Assembly: GCA_002382665.1 (NCBI GenBank)
Contig: DFZA01000009.1
Span: forward strand, 403,602 to 467,601
DNA length: 64,000 nt
Direction of reading: 5' to 3'
DNA from: Peptococcaceae bacterium UBA4068
GTDB lineage: Bacteria; Bacillota; Dehalobacteriia; UBA4068
The translations under genes and the position numbers were made by a program. This document shows, in pieces, positions 28,576 to 39,867 of the stretch. Each line of letters begins with the position of its first letter. Within the stretch, counting starts at the first letter, position 1. The notes under the pieces are model-generated. The model made no database searches and was not told the DNA's origin. It saw nothing but the letters and a program-made list of their open reading frames with translations.

Positions 28576-29118
28576 TTATTTCTTCACGCCGGCTTTACCG
28601 GCTTTACGCTTAATTATCTCGTCGGCATATTTGATACCTTTGCCCTTGTACGGTTCCGGCGGACGGACTTCGCGTACTTGCGCCGCAAAAGCGCCGACTT
28701 TTTCTTTATCAATGCCGCTGATAACAATGGTATTCGGTTGCGGGACTACAACAGCCAGATCAGAACCGGGATCCATCTCCACGGGATGAGATTTACCAAC
28801 AGTCAAGACCAGCTTTGGACCTTGCATAGCTGCACGATAACCAACGCCGACCAGATTCATCTTCTTTTCGAAGCCTTGAGTAACGCCAACAACCATATTT
28901 GAAAGCAATGCTCTGGTCAAACCATGCAAAGAGCGCTCTTGCGGGCTATCTCCGTTACGACTGACATTGATTATGCTTTCTTGCTGGCTTATAGTAATTA
29001 ACGGTGAAAACTCTTTTGCCAACGAACCCTTGGGGCCTTTGACAAAAACAGAATTACCCTCAATATTTATTACAACACCATCAGGTACGCTGATAGGCAT
29101 TCTACCAATACGGGACAT
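28576..29118 (-). CDS. rplF: 50S ribosomal protein L6
   Basis: 180 aa, [15 protein letters not shown]. Confidence 0.93.
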   Translation of the reverse strand: MSRIGRMPISVPDGVVINIEGNSVFVKGPKGSLAKEFSPLITISQQESIINVSRNGDSPQERSLHGLTRALLSNMVVGVTQGFEKKMNLVGVGYRAAMQGPKLVLTVGKSHPVEMDPGSDLAVVVPQPNTIVISGIDKEKVGAFAAQVREVRPPEPYKGKGIKYADEIIKRKAGKAGVKK

Positions 29119-29155
29119 GCTTACACCTCCTAAAGAAACTTAGCGGATTAAAGTA

Positions 29156-29554
29156 TTACCAGATATAGCAGAGGACTTCTCCGCCCAATCCTTGTTTGCG
29201 CGCGCTTTTGTCTGTCATCAGACCGTTTGACGTGGAAACAACAGCAATACCTAAGCCACCTAAAACCTTGGGCAGCTCATCTTTTCTTGCGTATACGCGC
29301 AGACCGGGACGGGAAATTCTCTTCAAGCCGCTGATAACCCGTTCCTTACCACCGCTATATTTAAGATAAAGCCGGATAATGCCTTGCTTGCCGTCTTCTA
29401 TATACTCTACATCCTTGATAAAGCCTTCATCCTTGAGAATGTTCGCCAAAGCCATCTTTGTTTTGGATGCGGGTATTTCGACCTTTTCCATGTACATTGT
29501 GTTGGCATTGCGGATTCTGGTCAAGAAATCGGCAATCGGATCAGTGACAACCAT
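29156..29554 (-). CDS. rpsH: 30S ribosomal protein S8
   Basis: 132 aa, [18 protein letters not shown]. Confidence 0.93.
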   Translation of the reverse strand: MVVTDPIADFLTRIRNANTMYMEKVEIPASKTKMALANILKDEGFIKDVEYIEDGKQGIIRLYLKYSGGKERVISGLKRISRPGLRVYARKDELPKVLGGLGIAVVSTSNGLMTDKSARKQGLGGEVLCYIW

Positions 29555-29584
29555 AGGGAATAACCTCCTTCCAAAGTCCGGATA

Positions 29585-29770
29585 TTACCAGCTTGATTTG
29601 GTAATGCCGGGGATTTCTCCTTTATAAGCAAGATTGCGGAAACAAATACGGCAGATGCCGAATTTGCGCATATAACCATGAGGACGGCCGCAAATACTGC
29701 AGCGATTGTATCCTCTGACGCTATACTTGGGAACCCGCCTTTGCTTGATCAGCATAGAAGTTTTAGCCAC
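29585..29770 (-). CDS. rpsZ: 30S ribosomal protein S14 type Z (zinc form)
   Basis: 61 aa, [22 protein letters not shown]. Confidence 0.92.
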   Translation of the reverse strand: MAKTSMLIKQRRVPKYSVRGYNRCSICGRPHGYMRKFGICRICFRNLAYKGEIPGITKSSW

Positions 29771-29784
29771 AAATTTCCCTCCTC

Positions 29785-30327
29785 TTACTTATCGGCGAAT
29801 GGCATACCCATCAGCCGTAACAATTCTTTGCATTCCTCATCAGTTTGGGCGGATGTAACAAAAGCTACTTCCATGCCGCGAATTCTATCAATCTTGTCGT
29901 ACTCGATTTCCGGAAAAATAAGCTGTTCTTTTAATCCCAATGTATAATTGCCGCGGCCATCAAAAGCCTTTGCAGATACACCCTTGAAGTCACGAATACG
30001 AGGGATGGAAGCCGAAATAAGCTTATCGACGAATTCATACATTCTATCGCCGCGCAAAGTAACTTTGCAGCCGATAGACATGCCTTGACGCAGCTTAAAT
30101 GCGGCGATAGACTTTTTGGCTTTGGTAATGATAGGTTTTTGACCGGAAATAATTGTCAAATCATGAACGGCAGCGTCCAAAGCTTTGGGGTTTTGGATAG
30201 CTTCGCCCATGCCAATATTAATCACGACTTTTTGAAGACGCGGGATTTGCATCGTGTTATCGTAATTAAATGTGTCTTTCAATTGAGACCTAATTTCCTG
30301 ATTATAGCGATCCCTGAGTCTTGCCAT
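29785..30327 (-). CDS. rplE: 50S ribosomal protein L5
   Basis: 180 aa. Confidence 0.93.
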   Translation of the reverse strand: MARLRDRYNQEIRSQLKDTFNYDNTMQIPRLQKVVINIGMGEAIQNPKALDAAVHDLTIISGQKPIITKAKKSIAAFKLRQGMSIGCKVTLRGDRMYEFVDKLISASIPRIRDFKGVSAKAFDGRGNYTLGLKEQLIFPEIEYDKIDRIRGMEVAFVTSAQTDEECKELLRLMGMPFADK

Positions 30328-30348
30328 AAAGACTCCTCCTTCCCCTTG

Positions 30349-30693
30349 TTATTTGTCAAATTCAGTGCCGCAAATCGGGCAAACGCGTATTTTGGAGCCA
30401 TCGCCCAGTATTTTTTTACTGACGCGTACGCCTTTATCGCATTTGCTGCAAAAGATCATAACATTGGAGCTATCCATTGCGGCTTCCTTTTTAATGATAC
30501 CGCCTTGGGGAGCGCCTTGTGTGGGCTTGGTATGACGGCTGACAAGATTGACCTTATCAACATAAACCCGTCCTGTTTTGGGATTAGCATTGATAATTTT
30601 ACCCTTTTTGCCTGCGTCTTTACCGGTAATTACCACAACGGTATCGCCTTTTTTTACATGCATTTTTTTTGCTTTAGTAATTTTTTTTATCAT
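30349..30693 (-). CDS. rplX: 50S ribosomal protein L24 (Cys4 zinc-ribbon variant in the C-terminal region)
   Basis: GGAGGTG RBS 5 nt before the ATG at 30693. C-terminus FCSKCDKGVRVSKKILGDGSKIRVCPICGTEFDK. Confidence 0.9.
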   Translation of the reverse strand: MIKKITKAKKMHVKKGDTVVVITGKDAGKKGKIINANPKTGRVYVDKVNLVSRHTKPTQGAPQGGIIKKEAAMDSSNVMIFCSKCDKGVRVSKKILGDGSKIRVCPICGTEFDK

Positions 30694-30707
30694 TTCTACA
30701 CCTCCGC

Positions 30708-31076
30708 CTAAAGCACTTCGGGAGCCAGAGAGACTATTTTCATATAGTTTTTGTCTCTCAATTCTCTGGCAACCGGCCCGAATATACGGGTGCCTCGCGG
30801 CTGGCCCGCTTCGTTGATAATCACTCCTGAGTTTTCATCAAAGCGGATATAGGAGCCGTCCGCACGGCGAATCTCTTTTTTGGCGCGTACTATAACCGCG
30901 CGCACAACATCGCCTTTTTTCACTAGTCCACCGGGGCTTGCCTCCTTGACGGAACAGACAATCACATCGCCCACGGTTGCATATTTACGGCGTGAACCGC
31001 CCAGCACTTTAATACAAAGCAGCTCTTTTGCGCCGGTATTATCGCCAACTTTTAGTCTGGTTTCGGCCTGTATCAT
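30708..31076 (-). CDS. rplN: 50S ribosomal protein L14
   Basis: 122 aa, [19 protein letters not shown]. Confidence 0.93.
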   Translation of the reverse strand: MIQAETRLKVGDNTGAKELLCIKVLGGSRRKYATVGDVIVCSVKEASPGGLVKKGDVVRAVIVRAKKEIRRADGSYIRFDENSGVIINEAGQPRGTRIFGPVARELRDKNYMKIVSLAPEVL

Positions 31077-31127
31077 TTAAGCCTCCCCCTTTCACATCAC
31101 TTGAATTTGCCTAACAAAATAGGTTAA

Positions 31128-31391
31128 TTAAACGATAGGTGCCTTTTCCAATATCTCCACAACCCGCCAGCGTTTTTCCTTGGAAAGGGGTCTGGTTTCC
31201 GCGATTAACACCTTATCGCCGATTTTTGCTTCATTATTCTCATCATGCGCCTTATACTTTTTGCTCGACGTTACAATCTTGCCAAAAAGCGGGTGACGCG
31301 TTCTTGATTCAACTTTTACGACCACGGTTTTGTCCATTTTATCACTGGTGACAATACCGATACGATCTTTGCGAGAATTTCTTTCTACCAA
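31128..31391 (-). CDS. rpsQ: 30S ribosomal protein S17
   Basis: 87 aa. Confidence 0.93.
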   Translation of the reverse strand: MVERNSRKDRIGIVTSDKMDKTVVVKVESRTRHPLFGKIVTSSKKYKAHDENNEAKIGDKVLIAETRPLSKEKRWRVVEILEKAPIV

Positions 31392-31419
31392 CTTACCTGC
31401 CTCCTTTCATATCGAAAAG

Positions 31420-31620
31420 CTATTGGGCTTTCTCCAAATCTTTTTGACGAATAAAGGTCTTGACTCTTGCCATATCCTTCTTAACGGCCTTAATGGTCAT
31501 CGGATTATCCAACTGACCTGTAGCTAAACGGAAACGCAAGTTAAACAACTCAGCCTTAAGTTCGCTCTCTTTAGCTACTAATTCCTCATAATTGAGGCTA
31601 CGAAAATCTCTAGATTTCAT
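31420..31620 (-). CDS. rpmC: 50S ribosomal protein L29
   Basis: Start refined to the ATG at 31620 ([14 protein letters not shown]). GGAGG RBS 9 nt upstream. Confidence 0.88.
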   Translation of the reverse strand: MKSRDFRSLNYEELVAKESELKAELFNLRFRLATGQLDNPMTIKAVKKDMARVKTFIRQKDLEKAQ

Positions 31621-32044
31621 TTGCTTCCGCCTCCGTTTCTTCCCTTTTAACAAAGCGGGATTTGATCGGCAGCTTGTGTTGCGCCAAACGGATAGCCTCC
31701 TTGGCTAAATCTTCCGGTACACCGGCGATTTCAAACATTACCCGGCCCGGTTTGACAACCGCAACCCAGTATTCGGGAGAACCTTTACCGGAACCCATAC
31801 GGGTCTCGGCTGGTTTCTCGGTAACGGGTTTATGCGGGAATATCTTAATCCAAACTTGACCACCGCGCTTGATATATCGGGTCATCGCAATACGGGCGGC
31901 TTCTATCTGACGGCTGGTAATCCATCCGCATTCCAGGGCCTGCAAACCGTATTCGCCATAGCTTACTGTATTGCCCTTATGGGCTGCACCCTTCATTCTG
32001 CCACGGTGTTGGCGGCGATATTTAACTCTTTTTGGTAACAACAT
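31610..32044 (-). CDS. rplP: 50S ribosomal protein L16
   Basis: 144 aa, [19 protein letters not shown]. Confidence 0.93.
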   Translation of the reverse strand: MLLPKRVKYRRQHRGRMKGAAHKGNTVSYGEYGLQALECGWITSRQIEAARIAMTRYIKRGGQVWIKIFPHKPVTEKPAETRMGSGKGSPEYWVAVVKPGRVMFEIAGVPEDLAKEAIRLAQHKLPIKSRFVKREETEAEANEI

Positions 32045-32722
32045 TTACTCGCCCTCCTCCACAGCTTTTACTTGTGTAGGTTTGACTGCCTTTTTTGGCA
32101 GTATCTCACCTTTATAGATCCAAACTTTGACGCCGATCTTACCGTAAGCGGTATTGGCTTCGGCAAAACCATAATCGATATTGGCACGCAGCGTATGCAG
32201 CGGTACTTTGCCTTCCGCATACCATTCGGTACGAGCAATTTCCGCACCGCCCAACCGACCGGAGCACATGATTTTGATGCCCTCGGCGCCCATTCTCATG
32301 GTACGGCCAACGGTTTGTTTCATAGCGCGTCTGAACGCAATACGTTTTTCTAGAGATGCGGCTACGTTCTCGGCGACCAATTGTGCGTCAAGATCTGGAT
32401 GTTTGACTTCAGTAATATTGACCGAAACCTTTTTGCTGCTGATCTTTTCCAATTCCTTGCGCAGATTCTCTACTTCCTGACCGCCACGACCAATAACAAT
32501 ACCGGGTTTTGCGGTGAAAACATTGATCGTCACCCTAGAAGAGGCACGCTCAATATCAACCTTGGAAACGCCGGAGGCGTATAACTTGGTTTTAACGTGC
32601 TTGCGCAGAAGATAATCCTCATAAAGCAAGCCTCTAAAATCTTTGTTGTTTGCATACCAGCGGGCGTCCCAATCATTAATAACGCCTACTCTGAAACCTT
32701 TTGGATTAACCTTTTGTCCCAC
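32045..32722 (-). CDS. rpsC: 30S ribosomal protein S3
   Basis: 225 aa, [13 protein letters not shown]. Confidence 0.93.
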   Translation of the reverse strand: MGQKVNPKGFRVGVINDWDARWYANNKDFRGLLYEDYLLRKHVKTKLYASGVSKVDIERASSRVTINVFTAKPGIVIGRGGQEVENLRKELEKISSKKVSVNITEVKHPDLDAQLVAENVAASLEKRIAFRRAMKQTVGRTMRMGAEGIKIMCSGRLGGAEIARTEWYAEGKVPLHTLRANIDYGFAEANTAYGKIGVKVWIYKGEILPKKAVKPTQVKAVEEGE

Positions 32723-32725
32723 GCT

Positions 32726-33067
32726 TTAAACCTCCTCTCTCGTACCAACCACAACTGTTATATGGCTGGTTCTATGCACCATTCTATCCGCCCGCCCCTG
32801 AGCGCGCGGCTTAAAGCGCTTAAGTCTCGGGCCCTCGTCTATGAAAGCCTTTGTTACAATCAGTTCTTCTTTGCTGAGATTTAAGTTATTCTCGGCATTG
32901 GCAATGGCGGAGTGTAAAACCTTGATGATGTCTTCCGCCGGCTTATTAGGCGTAAATTTTAAAATTGCCTCTGCCTGATTAACGTTCTTTCCCCGAATCA
33001 GGTCAATGACCAAACGTGATTTTCTCGGGGAGATACGGATATATTTGGCTACTGCTTTAGCTTCCAA
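32726..33067 (-). CDS. rplV: 50S ribosomal protein L22
   Basis: Probable TTG start at 33067 ([16 protein letters not shown]). GGAGGA RBS 7 nt upstream. Confidence 0.88.
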   Translation of the reverse strand: MEAKAVAKYIRISPRKSRLVIDLIRGKNVNQAEAILKFTPNKPAEDIIKVLHSAIANAENNLNLSKEELIVTKAFIDEGPRLKRFKPRAQGRADRMVHRTSHITVVVGTREEV

Positions 33068-33093
33068 AACACTTCCTCCTCTCACATTACCGG

Positions 33094-33378
33094 CTATTTC
33101 AACGCCGACGATCTCTCAGTATGAGAACCGTGGCCGCGGAACAGACGGGTGGGAGCAAACTCCCCAAGTTTATGACCAACCATATCTTCGGTTATATAAA
33201 TCGGCACATGTTTTCTGCCGTCATGCACAGCAATGGTATGCCCCACAAATTGCGGGAATATCGTAGAGCTGCGAGACCATGTTTTTAATACTTTCTTATC
33301 GCCGGAATCATTCAGTTGTTCAATGCGGGCAAACAATCTTTCTTCGCAATAAGGACCCTTTTTGATAGATCTGCTCAT
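33094..33378 (-). CDS. rpsS: 30S ribosomal protein S19
   Basis: Start refined to the ATG at 33378 ([10 protein letters not shown]). GGGAGG RBS upstream. Confidence 0.9.
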   Translation of the reverse strand: MSRSIKKGPYCEERLFARIEQLNDSGDKKVLKTWSRSSTIFPQFVGHTIAVHDGRKHVPIYITEDMVGHKLGEFAPTRLFRGHGSHTERSSALK

Positions 33379-33420
33379 GCAGGCTATTCCTCCCTTCAAT
33401 CATCGGCATTGCGCCGCTAA

Positions 33421-34251
33421 TTATTTTTTACCGCGCCTCTTGATAATCATCCGTGAAGAGGCCTTCTTCTTGTTCCTGGTCTTAGCACCCAATGCCGGTT
33501 TGCCCCAAGGGGTGACCGGATTGCGGCCAACCGGGCTGCGGCCTTCACCGCCGCCATGCGGGTGATCGCAAGGATTCATAACAACACCGCGGTTTGCGGG
33601 ACGAATACCCAGCCAGCGACTGCGTCCGGCTTTACCGATATTAATGTTTTCCTGATCAATATTACCTACCTGGCCGATTGTGGCGCGGCAATTGCTGAGC
33701 ACCATGCGCATTTCGCCGGAAGGCATACGCAATGTCACATATTTACCTTCCTTGGCCATCAACTGAATCGAAGTGCCAGCGCTGCGAGCCAACTGGCCGC
33801 CGAGACCTGGGCTAAGCTCAACATTATGAACAATGGTACCAACCGGTATGTCGGAAAGCGGTAAGGCGTTGCCGGGCTTAATGTCTGAACCGCTGCCGGA
33901 ATAGAGAACATCGCCGACCTTGACGCCGTAAGGAGCAAGTATATAACGCTTTTCTCCGTCGGCATAGTTTAAAAGAGCAATATTGGCTGTCCGGCAAGGA
34001 TCGTATTCGATCGAAGCGACTTTGGCCGGGATTGCATCTTTATTTCTTTTGAAATCAATAATGCGGTACATTTGCTTATGACCGCCGCCTTGGTGGCGGG
34101 TAGTCAGATGACCCTCATTATTACGACCGGCGCGTTTTTTCAACGGCTGAAGCAGGGATTTTTCCGGTACTGCCGTGGTAATTTCCTCGAATGTGGAAAC
34201 AGTCATGCCCCGGCGTCCGGGAGAAGTGGGCTGATATTTTTTGATTCCCAT
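33421..34251 (-). CDS. rplB: 50S ribosomal protein L2
   Basis: 276 aa, [16 protein letters not shown]. Confidence 0.93.
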   Translation of the reverse strand: MGIKKYQPTSPGRRGMTVSTFEEITTAVPEKSLLQPLKKRAGRNNEGHLTTRHQGGGHKQMYRIIDFKRNKDAIPAKVASIEYDPCRTANIALLNYADGEKRYILAPYGVKVGDVLYSGSGSDIKPGNALPLSDIPVGTIVHNVELSPGLGGQLARSAGTSIQLMAKEGKYVTLRMPSGEMRMVLSNCRATIGQVGNIDQENINIGKAGRSRWLGIRPANRGVVMNPCDHPHGGGEGRSPVGRNPVTPWGKPALGAKTRNKKKASSRMIIKRRGKK

Positions 34252-34273
34252 TTATTTTCCTCCTTTGCCAGGC

Positions 34274-34564
34274 TTATTGTAAGCTGGAGAATATCTCGAT
34301 CTTATCATTGGCAGCTAAAGTGACAATAGCTTTTTTGACATCGGGACGCTTGCCCTCGCTCTTGCCCATTCTTTTAACTTTACCTTTGATAATTCTCGTA
34401 GTTACATTGAGCACCTTGACATTAAACAATGACTCTACAGCATGTTTAATCTCAATTTTGTTGGCATTCTTGTCAACGACAAACGAATATTTATTGTCTT
34501 CCATTAAAGCCACGGACTTTTCAGAGACCATCGGCTTAATCAAAACTTGATGAGGATCACGCAT
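34274..34564 (-). CDS. rplW: 50S ribosomal protein L23
   Basis: 96 aa. Confidence 0.93.
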   Translation of the reverse strand: MRDPHQVLIKPMVSEKSVALMEDNKYSFVVDKNANKIEIKHAVESLFNVKVLNVTTRIIKGKVKRMGKSEGKRPDVKKAIVTLAANDKIEIFSSLQ

Positions 34565-35184
34565 TATGCCAGCACCTCCTCTAAAGAAGCAAGCGCTTCT
34601 TTGGTTAAAACCAATTTTTCGTTATATAAAATTTTGTAGGTATTTAGCGAATCATATTCCGCAGTATTGACACAAGGAATATTCCGTGCTGAAAGGTTGG
34701 CAAATTCGTTGGCTTTTTCCAAAACCACCAAGGCATTGGAGGCTTTAAGATTACTTAAAATTTGCACCATTTCAGATGTTTTTGGCTTATCAAATTTCAA
34801 TTCGTCAACTACTACAATATTGCCGTCGGCCAGTTTGGAAGATAAAGCGGATAATAAAGCGATCCGCCGCATTTTTTTAGGCATTGTCATAGAATATGAA
34901 CGAGGCGAAGGGCCAAAAGCTACGCCACCGCCGCGCCACACCGGGTTACGGCTGGAACCGAAACTGGCTCTGCCTGTGCCTTTTTGCCGCCAGGGTTTTC
35001 TACCGCCGCCGGAAACCATACCACGACTTTTGGTGCTATGAGTGCCGGAACGCTGGGAATTGAGATATATCCGTACTGCTTGATGCATTACAGGTACATT
35101 GATCTGGCTATTAAAAATAGCGTCATTCAATTCCACTTCGCCAACCGAGGCGCCTTCTTTATTGTATAAAGCTACTTTCGTCAT
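34564..35184 (-). CDS. rplD: 50S ribosomal protein L4
   Basis: Start refined to the ATG at 35184 (MTKVALYNKEG). The track ORF begins at a GTG 9 nt upstream. Confidence 0.88.
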   Translation of the reverse strand: MTKVALYNKEGASVGEVELNDAIFNSQINVPVMHQAVRIYLNSQRSGTHSTKSRGMVSGGGRKPWRQKGTGRASFGSSRNPVWRGGGVAFGPSPRSYSMTMPKKMRRIALLSALSSKLADGNIVVVDELKFDKPKTSEMVQILSNLKASNALVVLEKANEFANLSARNIPCVNTAEYDSLNTYKILYNEKLVLTKEALASLEEVLA

Positions 35185-35203
35185 GATTGTCACCCTTTCT
35201 CAC

Positions 35204-35833
35204 CTAGGCCAATTTGCAGGCGCTCTTAATTACGAGCAGACCATTTTTCGGTCCGGGGACAGCACCCTTGACCAGCAGTAAATTGCGTTCGGCGTCAACT
35301 CTCACTATTTCCAGATTTTGTACCGTAACCTTTTCTCCACCCATTCTACCAGGGGAGTGTTTACCCTTAAATACGCGGGCCGGTCCCTTGGCGCCGGTAG
35401 TAGCAGGACGACGATGGCATTTAGAACCATGGCTCATCGGTCCGCGACTGTCGTTCCATCTTTTGATAGTGCCGGCAAAACCTTTGCCTTTAGATGTGCC
35501 GGAGATATCAATCATATCTCCTACGGTGAAAATATCAACAGCCAGAGATTGACCTGATTGATAAGACTCAGGATCAGCAACCCTAACTTCCTTGAACCAG
35601 CGAACAGGGCTGATGCCAACTGCTTTGCAATGTCCGGCCAAAGGCTTCTTAACATTGACAGGTTTAATATCGCCAAAACCTATTTGTACGGCCTGATAGC
35701 CGTCTTTTTCCATTGTCTTTACCTGGGCAACCACACAAGGACCTGCGCCGATAACCGTTACCGGAACGATTTTCCCTTCAGCGTTGAACATTTGTGTCAT
35801 TCCCAGCTTCTTGCCGAGTAATGCTTTCGGCAT
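35204..35833 (-). CDS. rplC: 50S ribosomal protein L3
   Basis: Start refined to the ATG at 35833 (MPKALLGKKLGMTQ). GGAGGTG RBS 7 nt upstream. The track start at 35866 has no RBS. Confidence 0.9.
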   Translation of the reverse strand: MPKALLGKKLGMTQMFNAEGKIVPVTVIGAGPCVVAQVKTMEKDGYQAVQIGFGDIKPVNVKKPLAGHCKAVGISPVRWFKEVRVADPESYQSGQSLAVDIFTVGDMIDISGTSKGKGFAGTIKRWNDSRGPMSHGSKCHRRPATTGAKGPARVFKGKHSPGRMGGEKVTVQNLEIVRVDAERNLLLVKGAVPGPKNGLLVIKSACKLA

Positions 35834-35903
35834 AGCTTGCACCTCCGTTTCATTATCTTTCGTCATCTTTGCCAGACGAAAGCTTGCATATCATTAACAA
35901 ACG

Positions 35904-36212
35904 CTACAGCTTGATTTCAATATCCACACCCGCAGGCAAGTCGAGCCGCATCAATGAATCCATAGTTTTGGGAGTGGCTTCGAGTATATCAATCAGGCGC
36001 TTGTGTGTTCTCATCTCAAATTGCTCACGCGAGTCCTTATTGACATGAGGTGAACGTAATATTGTGTAAATGTTTTTCTCAGACGGCAGCGGCACGGGGC
36101 CGGATACCAAAGCGCCGGTTCTTTTGGCAGCCTCGACGATTTTCATTGCCGATTGATCCAAAAGTCTGTGGTCATAAGCTTTTAATCTAATGCGAATTTT
36201 TTCTTGTGCCAT
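35904..36212 (-). CDS. rpsJ: 30S ribosomal protein S10
   Basis: 102 aa, [21 protein letters not shown]. Confidence 0.93.
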   Translation of the reverse strand: MAQEKIRIRLKAYDHRLLDQSAMKIVEAAKRTGALVSGPVPLPSEKNIYTILRSPHVNKDSREQFEMRTHKRLIDILEATPKTMDSLMRLDLPAGVDIEIKL

Positions 36213-36360
36213 TTTTTAACCTCCTCTTCGCCCGTATCATGACGGACATTTCTCAGCGGAAAAACCCTCGCGGCGCATCCGCAAAGCAACCTCCCGCCTC
36301 ATAGCATTAAAGTTTGTTTTGTCGGGCGGGCGTTAAACCCGCCCGACAATTAAAATTAAT

Positions 36361-37563
36361 TTACTCGTTAACACCGGTAACAACACCCGAACCAACTGTA
36401 CGGCCGCCTTCGCGGATAGCGAAACGCAGTCCTTCTTCGATGGCGATCGGGGTGATCAGCTCAATATCCATTTGAATATTGTCGCCAGGCATTACCATCT
36501 CTACGCCTTCCGGCAGATTGGCCACACCCGTTACGTCAGTTGTGCGGAAATAAAACTGCGGTCTGTAACCGTTAAAGAACGGTGTATGGCGTCCGCCCTC
36601 TTCGTGGGTCAGGACGTAAACTTCACCATGAAATTTGGTGTGCGGATGAATGCTCCCCGGCTTCGCCAAAACTTGGCCGCGCTCTACTTCTTTACGCTCA
36701 ACACCGCGCAGCAAGCATCCGACGTTGTCGCCGGTCTCTGCGTAATCAAGCAGCTTACGGAACATTTCCACGCCTGTTACTACTGTCTTCTTGCTCAGTT
36801 CCTGGAGTCCTACGATTTCTACCGTCTCTCCGACTTTAACCTGTCCGCGTTCCACTCTGCCTGTGACCACGGTGCCGCGGCCGGTAATCGTGAAAACGTC
36901 TTCGATAGGCAGCAGGAATGGCTTTTCGGTATCTCTTACCGGTGTCGGAATATATGCGTCTACTGCATCCATCAGTTTCCAGATGCTGCCGCAATGCGGG
37001 CAATCTCTCTCGCCGCAGCCGCATTCGCCGGCTTTTAATGCTGATCCCGGTATAATCGGGATATCATCGCCCGGGAACTCATATTCGCTCAGTAAGTCTC
37101 TGATTTCCATCTCGACCAAATCCATCAATTCAGGATCGTCTACCTGGTCTGCTTTGTTCATATATACTACGATATAAGGTACGCCAACCTGTCTGGCCAA
37201 CAGGATATGCTCTCTGGTTTGCGGCATCGGTCCGTCAGCCGCGCTGACTACCAAGATCGCTCCGTCCATCTGCGCCGCACCGGTGATCATGTTTTTAACA
37301 TAGTCGGCGTGTCCGGGGCAGTCGACGTGCGCATAGTGGCGCTTTTCCGTCTCATATTCTACGTGCGCGGTGTTGATCGTGATTCCTCTTGCTTTTTCTT
37401 CCGGCGCTTTGTCGATTTGGTCATAGGCTGTCGCTACCGCGCCGCCTACTTTTGACAAACACATCGTGATCGCTGCCGTCAATGTCGTTTTACCATGGTC
37501 AACGTGGCCGATTGTGCCTACGTTTACATGCGGTTTTGTTCTTTCAAATTTCTGCTTAGCCAT
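36361..37563 (-). CDS. tuf: Elongation factor Tu (with an unusual CxC-x4-CxxC insertion)
   Basis: 400 aa, [23 protein letters not shown]. Insertion [19 protein letters not shown] at residues 177-192. Followed directly by the S10 operon; upstream neighbour is chrA, not fusA. Confidence 0.93.
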   Translation of the reverse strand: MAKQKFERTKPHVNVGTIGHVDHGKTTLTAAITMCLSKVGGAVATAYDQIDKAPEEKARGITINTAHVEYETEKRHYAHVDCPGHADYVKNMITGAAQMDGAILVVSAADGPMPQTREHILLARQVGVPYIVVYMNKADQVDDPELMDLVEMEIRDLLSEYEFPGDDIPIIPGSALKAGECGCGERDCPHCGSIWKLMDAVDAYIPTPVRDTEKPFLLPIEDVFTITGRGTVVTGRVERGQVKVGETVEIVGLQELSKKTVVTGVEMFRKLLDYAETGDNVGCLLRGVERKEVERGQVLAKPGSIHPHTKFHGEVYVLTHEEGGRHTPFFNGYRPQFYFRTTDVTGVANLPEGVEMVMPGDNIQMDIELITPIAIEEGLRFAIREGGRTVGSGVVTGVNE

Positions 37564-37676
37564 AGGTTAACCTCCTAAAATAAATAATTGCATAATCAGT
37601 GGCAATTTGTTAATTACCTCATAATTGCAGAACTACATGATGCTATTGTATAGCAAGAATACGTCTTTTGTCAATC

Positions 37677-38234
37677 TTATAATTTACAAACAATACCAAC
37701 AACTGCGGCTATTGCAATATAAAAGACCGGATGTTTCTTAAAAATAAATATCAACGGCAACATTACCGCAAACAAGATCAGCGCTTTCACGTCAACAGTG
37801 CCAAACAATCCACTATTAATGCCGGTAAATATCGCAATTTGGATCAAACTGACAGCTACGGCTGCAATTAGACCCACCACCGCCGGACGCAAGCCCCAAA
37901 AAGCATTCTGTACTTTGGTATTCTCATTAAAACGGCTGAGGAATTGACAAACAATAATAACTATAATTATCGAAGGCAGCACCAGTCCCAGATTAGCAAA
38001 AAAGCTGCCGCCGATACCTGCGGTATGATATCCGGCGTAAGTAGCCATATTGGCGCCGAGCGGCCCAGGCGTCGATTCTGAAACGGCGATCATATTTGTC
38101 AGTTCGCTGTTGGTAAACCAACCGTATTTATCCGACAACTGATAGAGAAAAGGCAAAGTAGACAAGCCGCCGCCGATGGCGAAAACACCGATCTTAAAAA
38201 ATTCCCAAAACAGCAGTAAATAAATCATCTGCAC
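37677..38234 (-). CDS. chrA: Chromate transporter ChrA, short form (C-terminal paralog of the pair)
   Basis: 185 aa, all TM. The paired short chrA arrangement is normal in Firmicutes. Confidence 0.8.
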   Translation of the reverse strand: MQMIYLLLFWEFFKIGVFAIGGGLSTLPFLYQLSDKYGWFTNSELTNMIAVSESTPGPLGANMATYAGYHTAGIGGSFFANLGLVLPSIIIVIIVCQFLSRFNENTKVQNAFWGLRPAVVGLIAAVAVSLIQIAIFTGINSGLFGTVDVKALILFAVMLPLIFIFKKHPVFYIAIAAVVGIVCKL

Positions 38235-38779
38235 ATCCTCATCTGCCCAATCAATATACCGGCTATAGCCGCGCCAATAATTACCGGAATTGGGCTGATG
38301 TTAAATAGCAGCATCAATATTAAGGCAACGATAAAAATTACAAAGGCAACCCAATCTTTGACACCATTTTTAAACATACCATATACCGAATAGATGACCA
38401 GCGCCGCCACCGCCACTCTGATGCCGGCAAACGCCGATGCCACCGCAGCAATATGCATATAATTGCTCAATAAAGCGGCAACAATCAGAATAACCACAAA
38501 AGAAGGCAGTACAACGCCGATAACCGCCGCTACTGCCCCGGCAGTTTTCTTTTGCTGATAGCCGATCATTACCGCCATATTTACAGCTATTAAACCTGGT
38601 AAACATTGAGACAGGGCAAAATAATCAGCCAGCTTATTCTCATCCAGCCAATGCTGACGTTCAACTGTTTCCCGCTGGAGCATCGGCAACATCGAATAGC
38701 CGCCGCCGAATGTCAACGCGCCGATTTTGAAAAATGTCCAGATAATCTCCAACAATTGCCGTAACTGCGTCATAATCAT
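38225..38779 (-). CDS. chrA: Chromate transporter ChrA, short form (N-terminal paralog of the pair)
   Basis: 184 aa with the FKIGALTFGGGYSMLP motif. Confidence 0.8.
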   Translation of the reverse strand: MIMTQLRQLLEIIWTFFKIGALTFGGGYSMLPMLQRETVERQHWLDENKLADYFALSQCLPGLIAVNMAVMIGYQQKKTAGAVAAVIGVVLPSFVVILIVAALLSNYMHIAAVASAFAGIRVAVAALVIYSVYGMFKNGVKDWVAFVIFIVALILMLLFNISPIPVIIGAAIAGILIGQMRMCR

Positions 38780-38842
38780 CCCTCAATTATCAAGATACCG
38801 CCATAACTCTAACAAATCCGGCAAAGAAAATAATATTCGACC

Positions 38843-39616
38843 TTACTCGGGCATGCCCATATTACGACCGTAAAAGATCTCGTCACGCTCCTTGTTGAGT
38901 TTATCGGTAATCTTCTTAGTTTCTTCCTCACCGATATCAGACTTAGAAAAATGGAACAGGTATTCGTCGAGGTCGGCTTCTTTGACTTTGCATTTGGTAT
39001 GGAAGATATGCTCCTGATAAACATTAACGTCTATCATGTGATACTTTTCGATTATTTCGTCTTCTATATAATCTTGAATAGATACCAGATCGTGATCTAT
39101 AAACAGCTTTTTACCAGTAATATCGCGAGTAAATCCGCGCACCCGGTAATCCATAGTCATAATATCCGCGTCAAAAATGTTGATCAGATAATTAAGTGCA
39201 TTTAGCGGCGAAATCTCACCGCAAGTGGCAACATCAATATCAACACGGAAAGTACAAACGCCACCGTCCGGGTGATACTCCGGATAGGTATGGACTGTAA
39301 TATGGCTCTTATCAAGATGTGCTAAGATGGTTTCGCCACCCTTGGCCTTCTCCTTGACGCGTTTTTCACCACCGTCGCATATCAATATGGTAACCGACGA
39401 CCCCTGCGGATCATAATCCTGACAGGAAATATTAATCACAGTAGCGCCGATAATACTTGTAACCTGCGACAAAATACCGGTCAAACGCTCAGTATTGTAT
39501 TCCTCATCAATATACTCCAAATAAGCTACGCGGTCTTCGATTGTCTTGGCGTAACAAATATCATACATATTGAAACTTAATGTTTTGGTCAAATTATTAA
39601 AGCCATACAGCTTCAT
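38843..39616 (-). CDS. speD: S-adenosylmethionine decarboxylase proenzyme (class 1B, E. coli SpeD-type)
   Basis: [25 protein letters not shown]...[14 protein letters not shown]...YRVRGFTRD is near-identical in motif set to E. coli SpeD. Start set at the Met aligned to the SpeD N-terminus; the track ORF begins at a TTG 15 codons upstream. Confidence 0.85.
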   Translation of the reverse strand: MKLYGFNNLTKTLSFNMYDICYAKTIEDRVAYLEYIDEEYNTERLTGILSQVTSIIGATVINISCQDYDPQGSSVTILICDGGEKRVKEKAKGGETILAHLDKSHITVHTYPEYHPDGGVCTFRVDIDVATCGEISPLNALNYLINIFDADIMTMDYRVRGFTRDITGKKLFIDHDLVSIQDYIEDEIIEKYHMIDVNVYQEHIFHTKCKVKEADLDEYLFHFSKSDIGEEETKKITDKLNKERDEIFYGRNMGMPE

Positions 39617-39815
39617 TCTATCGTTTTTCACTCTCCCTAACAATAACGCACCCTCCTGCAAAGAACATATTACAGATTATGTCAATAGTATCCCCTGTCA
39701 CGATATTATAACACTCTTTTTATCTTTTGCAAATATGATTTTCACAAGAACAAAACCGCAGGTTGAAATAAACTTATGACCCCTAAAATATCGCAATTTA
39801 CCTGTCGTTTGATTA

Positions 39816-39849
39816 GTATTAAAAAGCCGAAGAATAATTTCTCCGGCTC
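39816..39849 (-). terminator. Terminator downstream of sigK (minus sense)
   Basis: Minus sense ggagccggagaaattattcttcggcttttt. Confidence 0.45.
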
Positions 39850-39867
39850 CAAACTTATTATATAATA

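Noticed and set aside
36213-36360. S10 leader region as a fourth degenerate copy of the repeat element (shares cgtatc...ctcagcgg and a GC hairpin gtcgggcgggcgttaaacccgcccgac)
   Set aside because: Similarity is limited to about 6-8 nt motifs and is not convincingly above chance. More likely an ordinary S10-operon leader/attenuator hairpin.
37677-38779. Two adjacent half-size chrA ORFs as a frameshifted pseudogene
   Set aside because: Paired short ChrA paralogs (about 180-200 aa each, N- and C-terminal homologs) are the normal arrangement in many Firmicutes. Both ORFs have their own starts and overlap by 10 nt in operon fashion.
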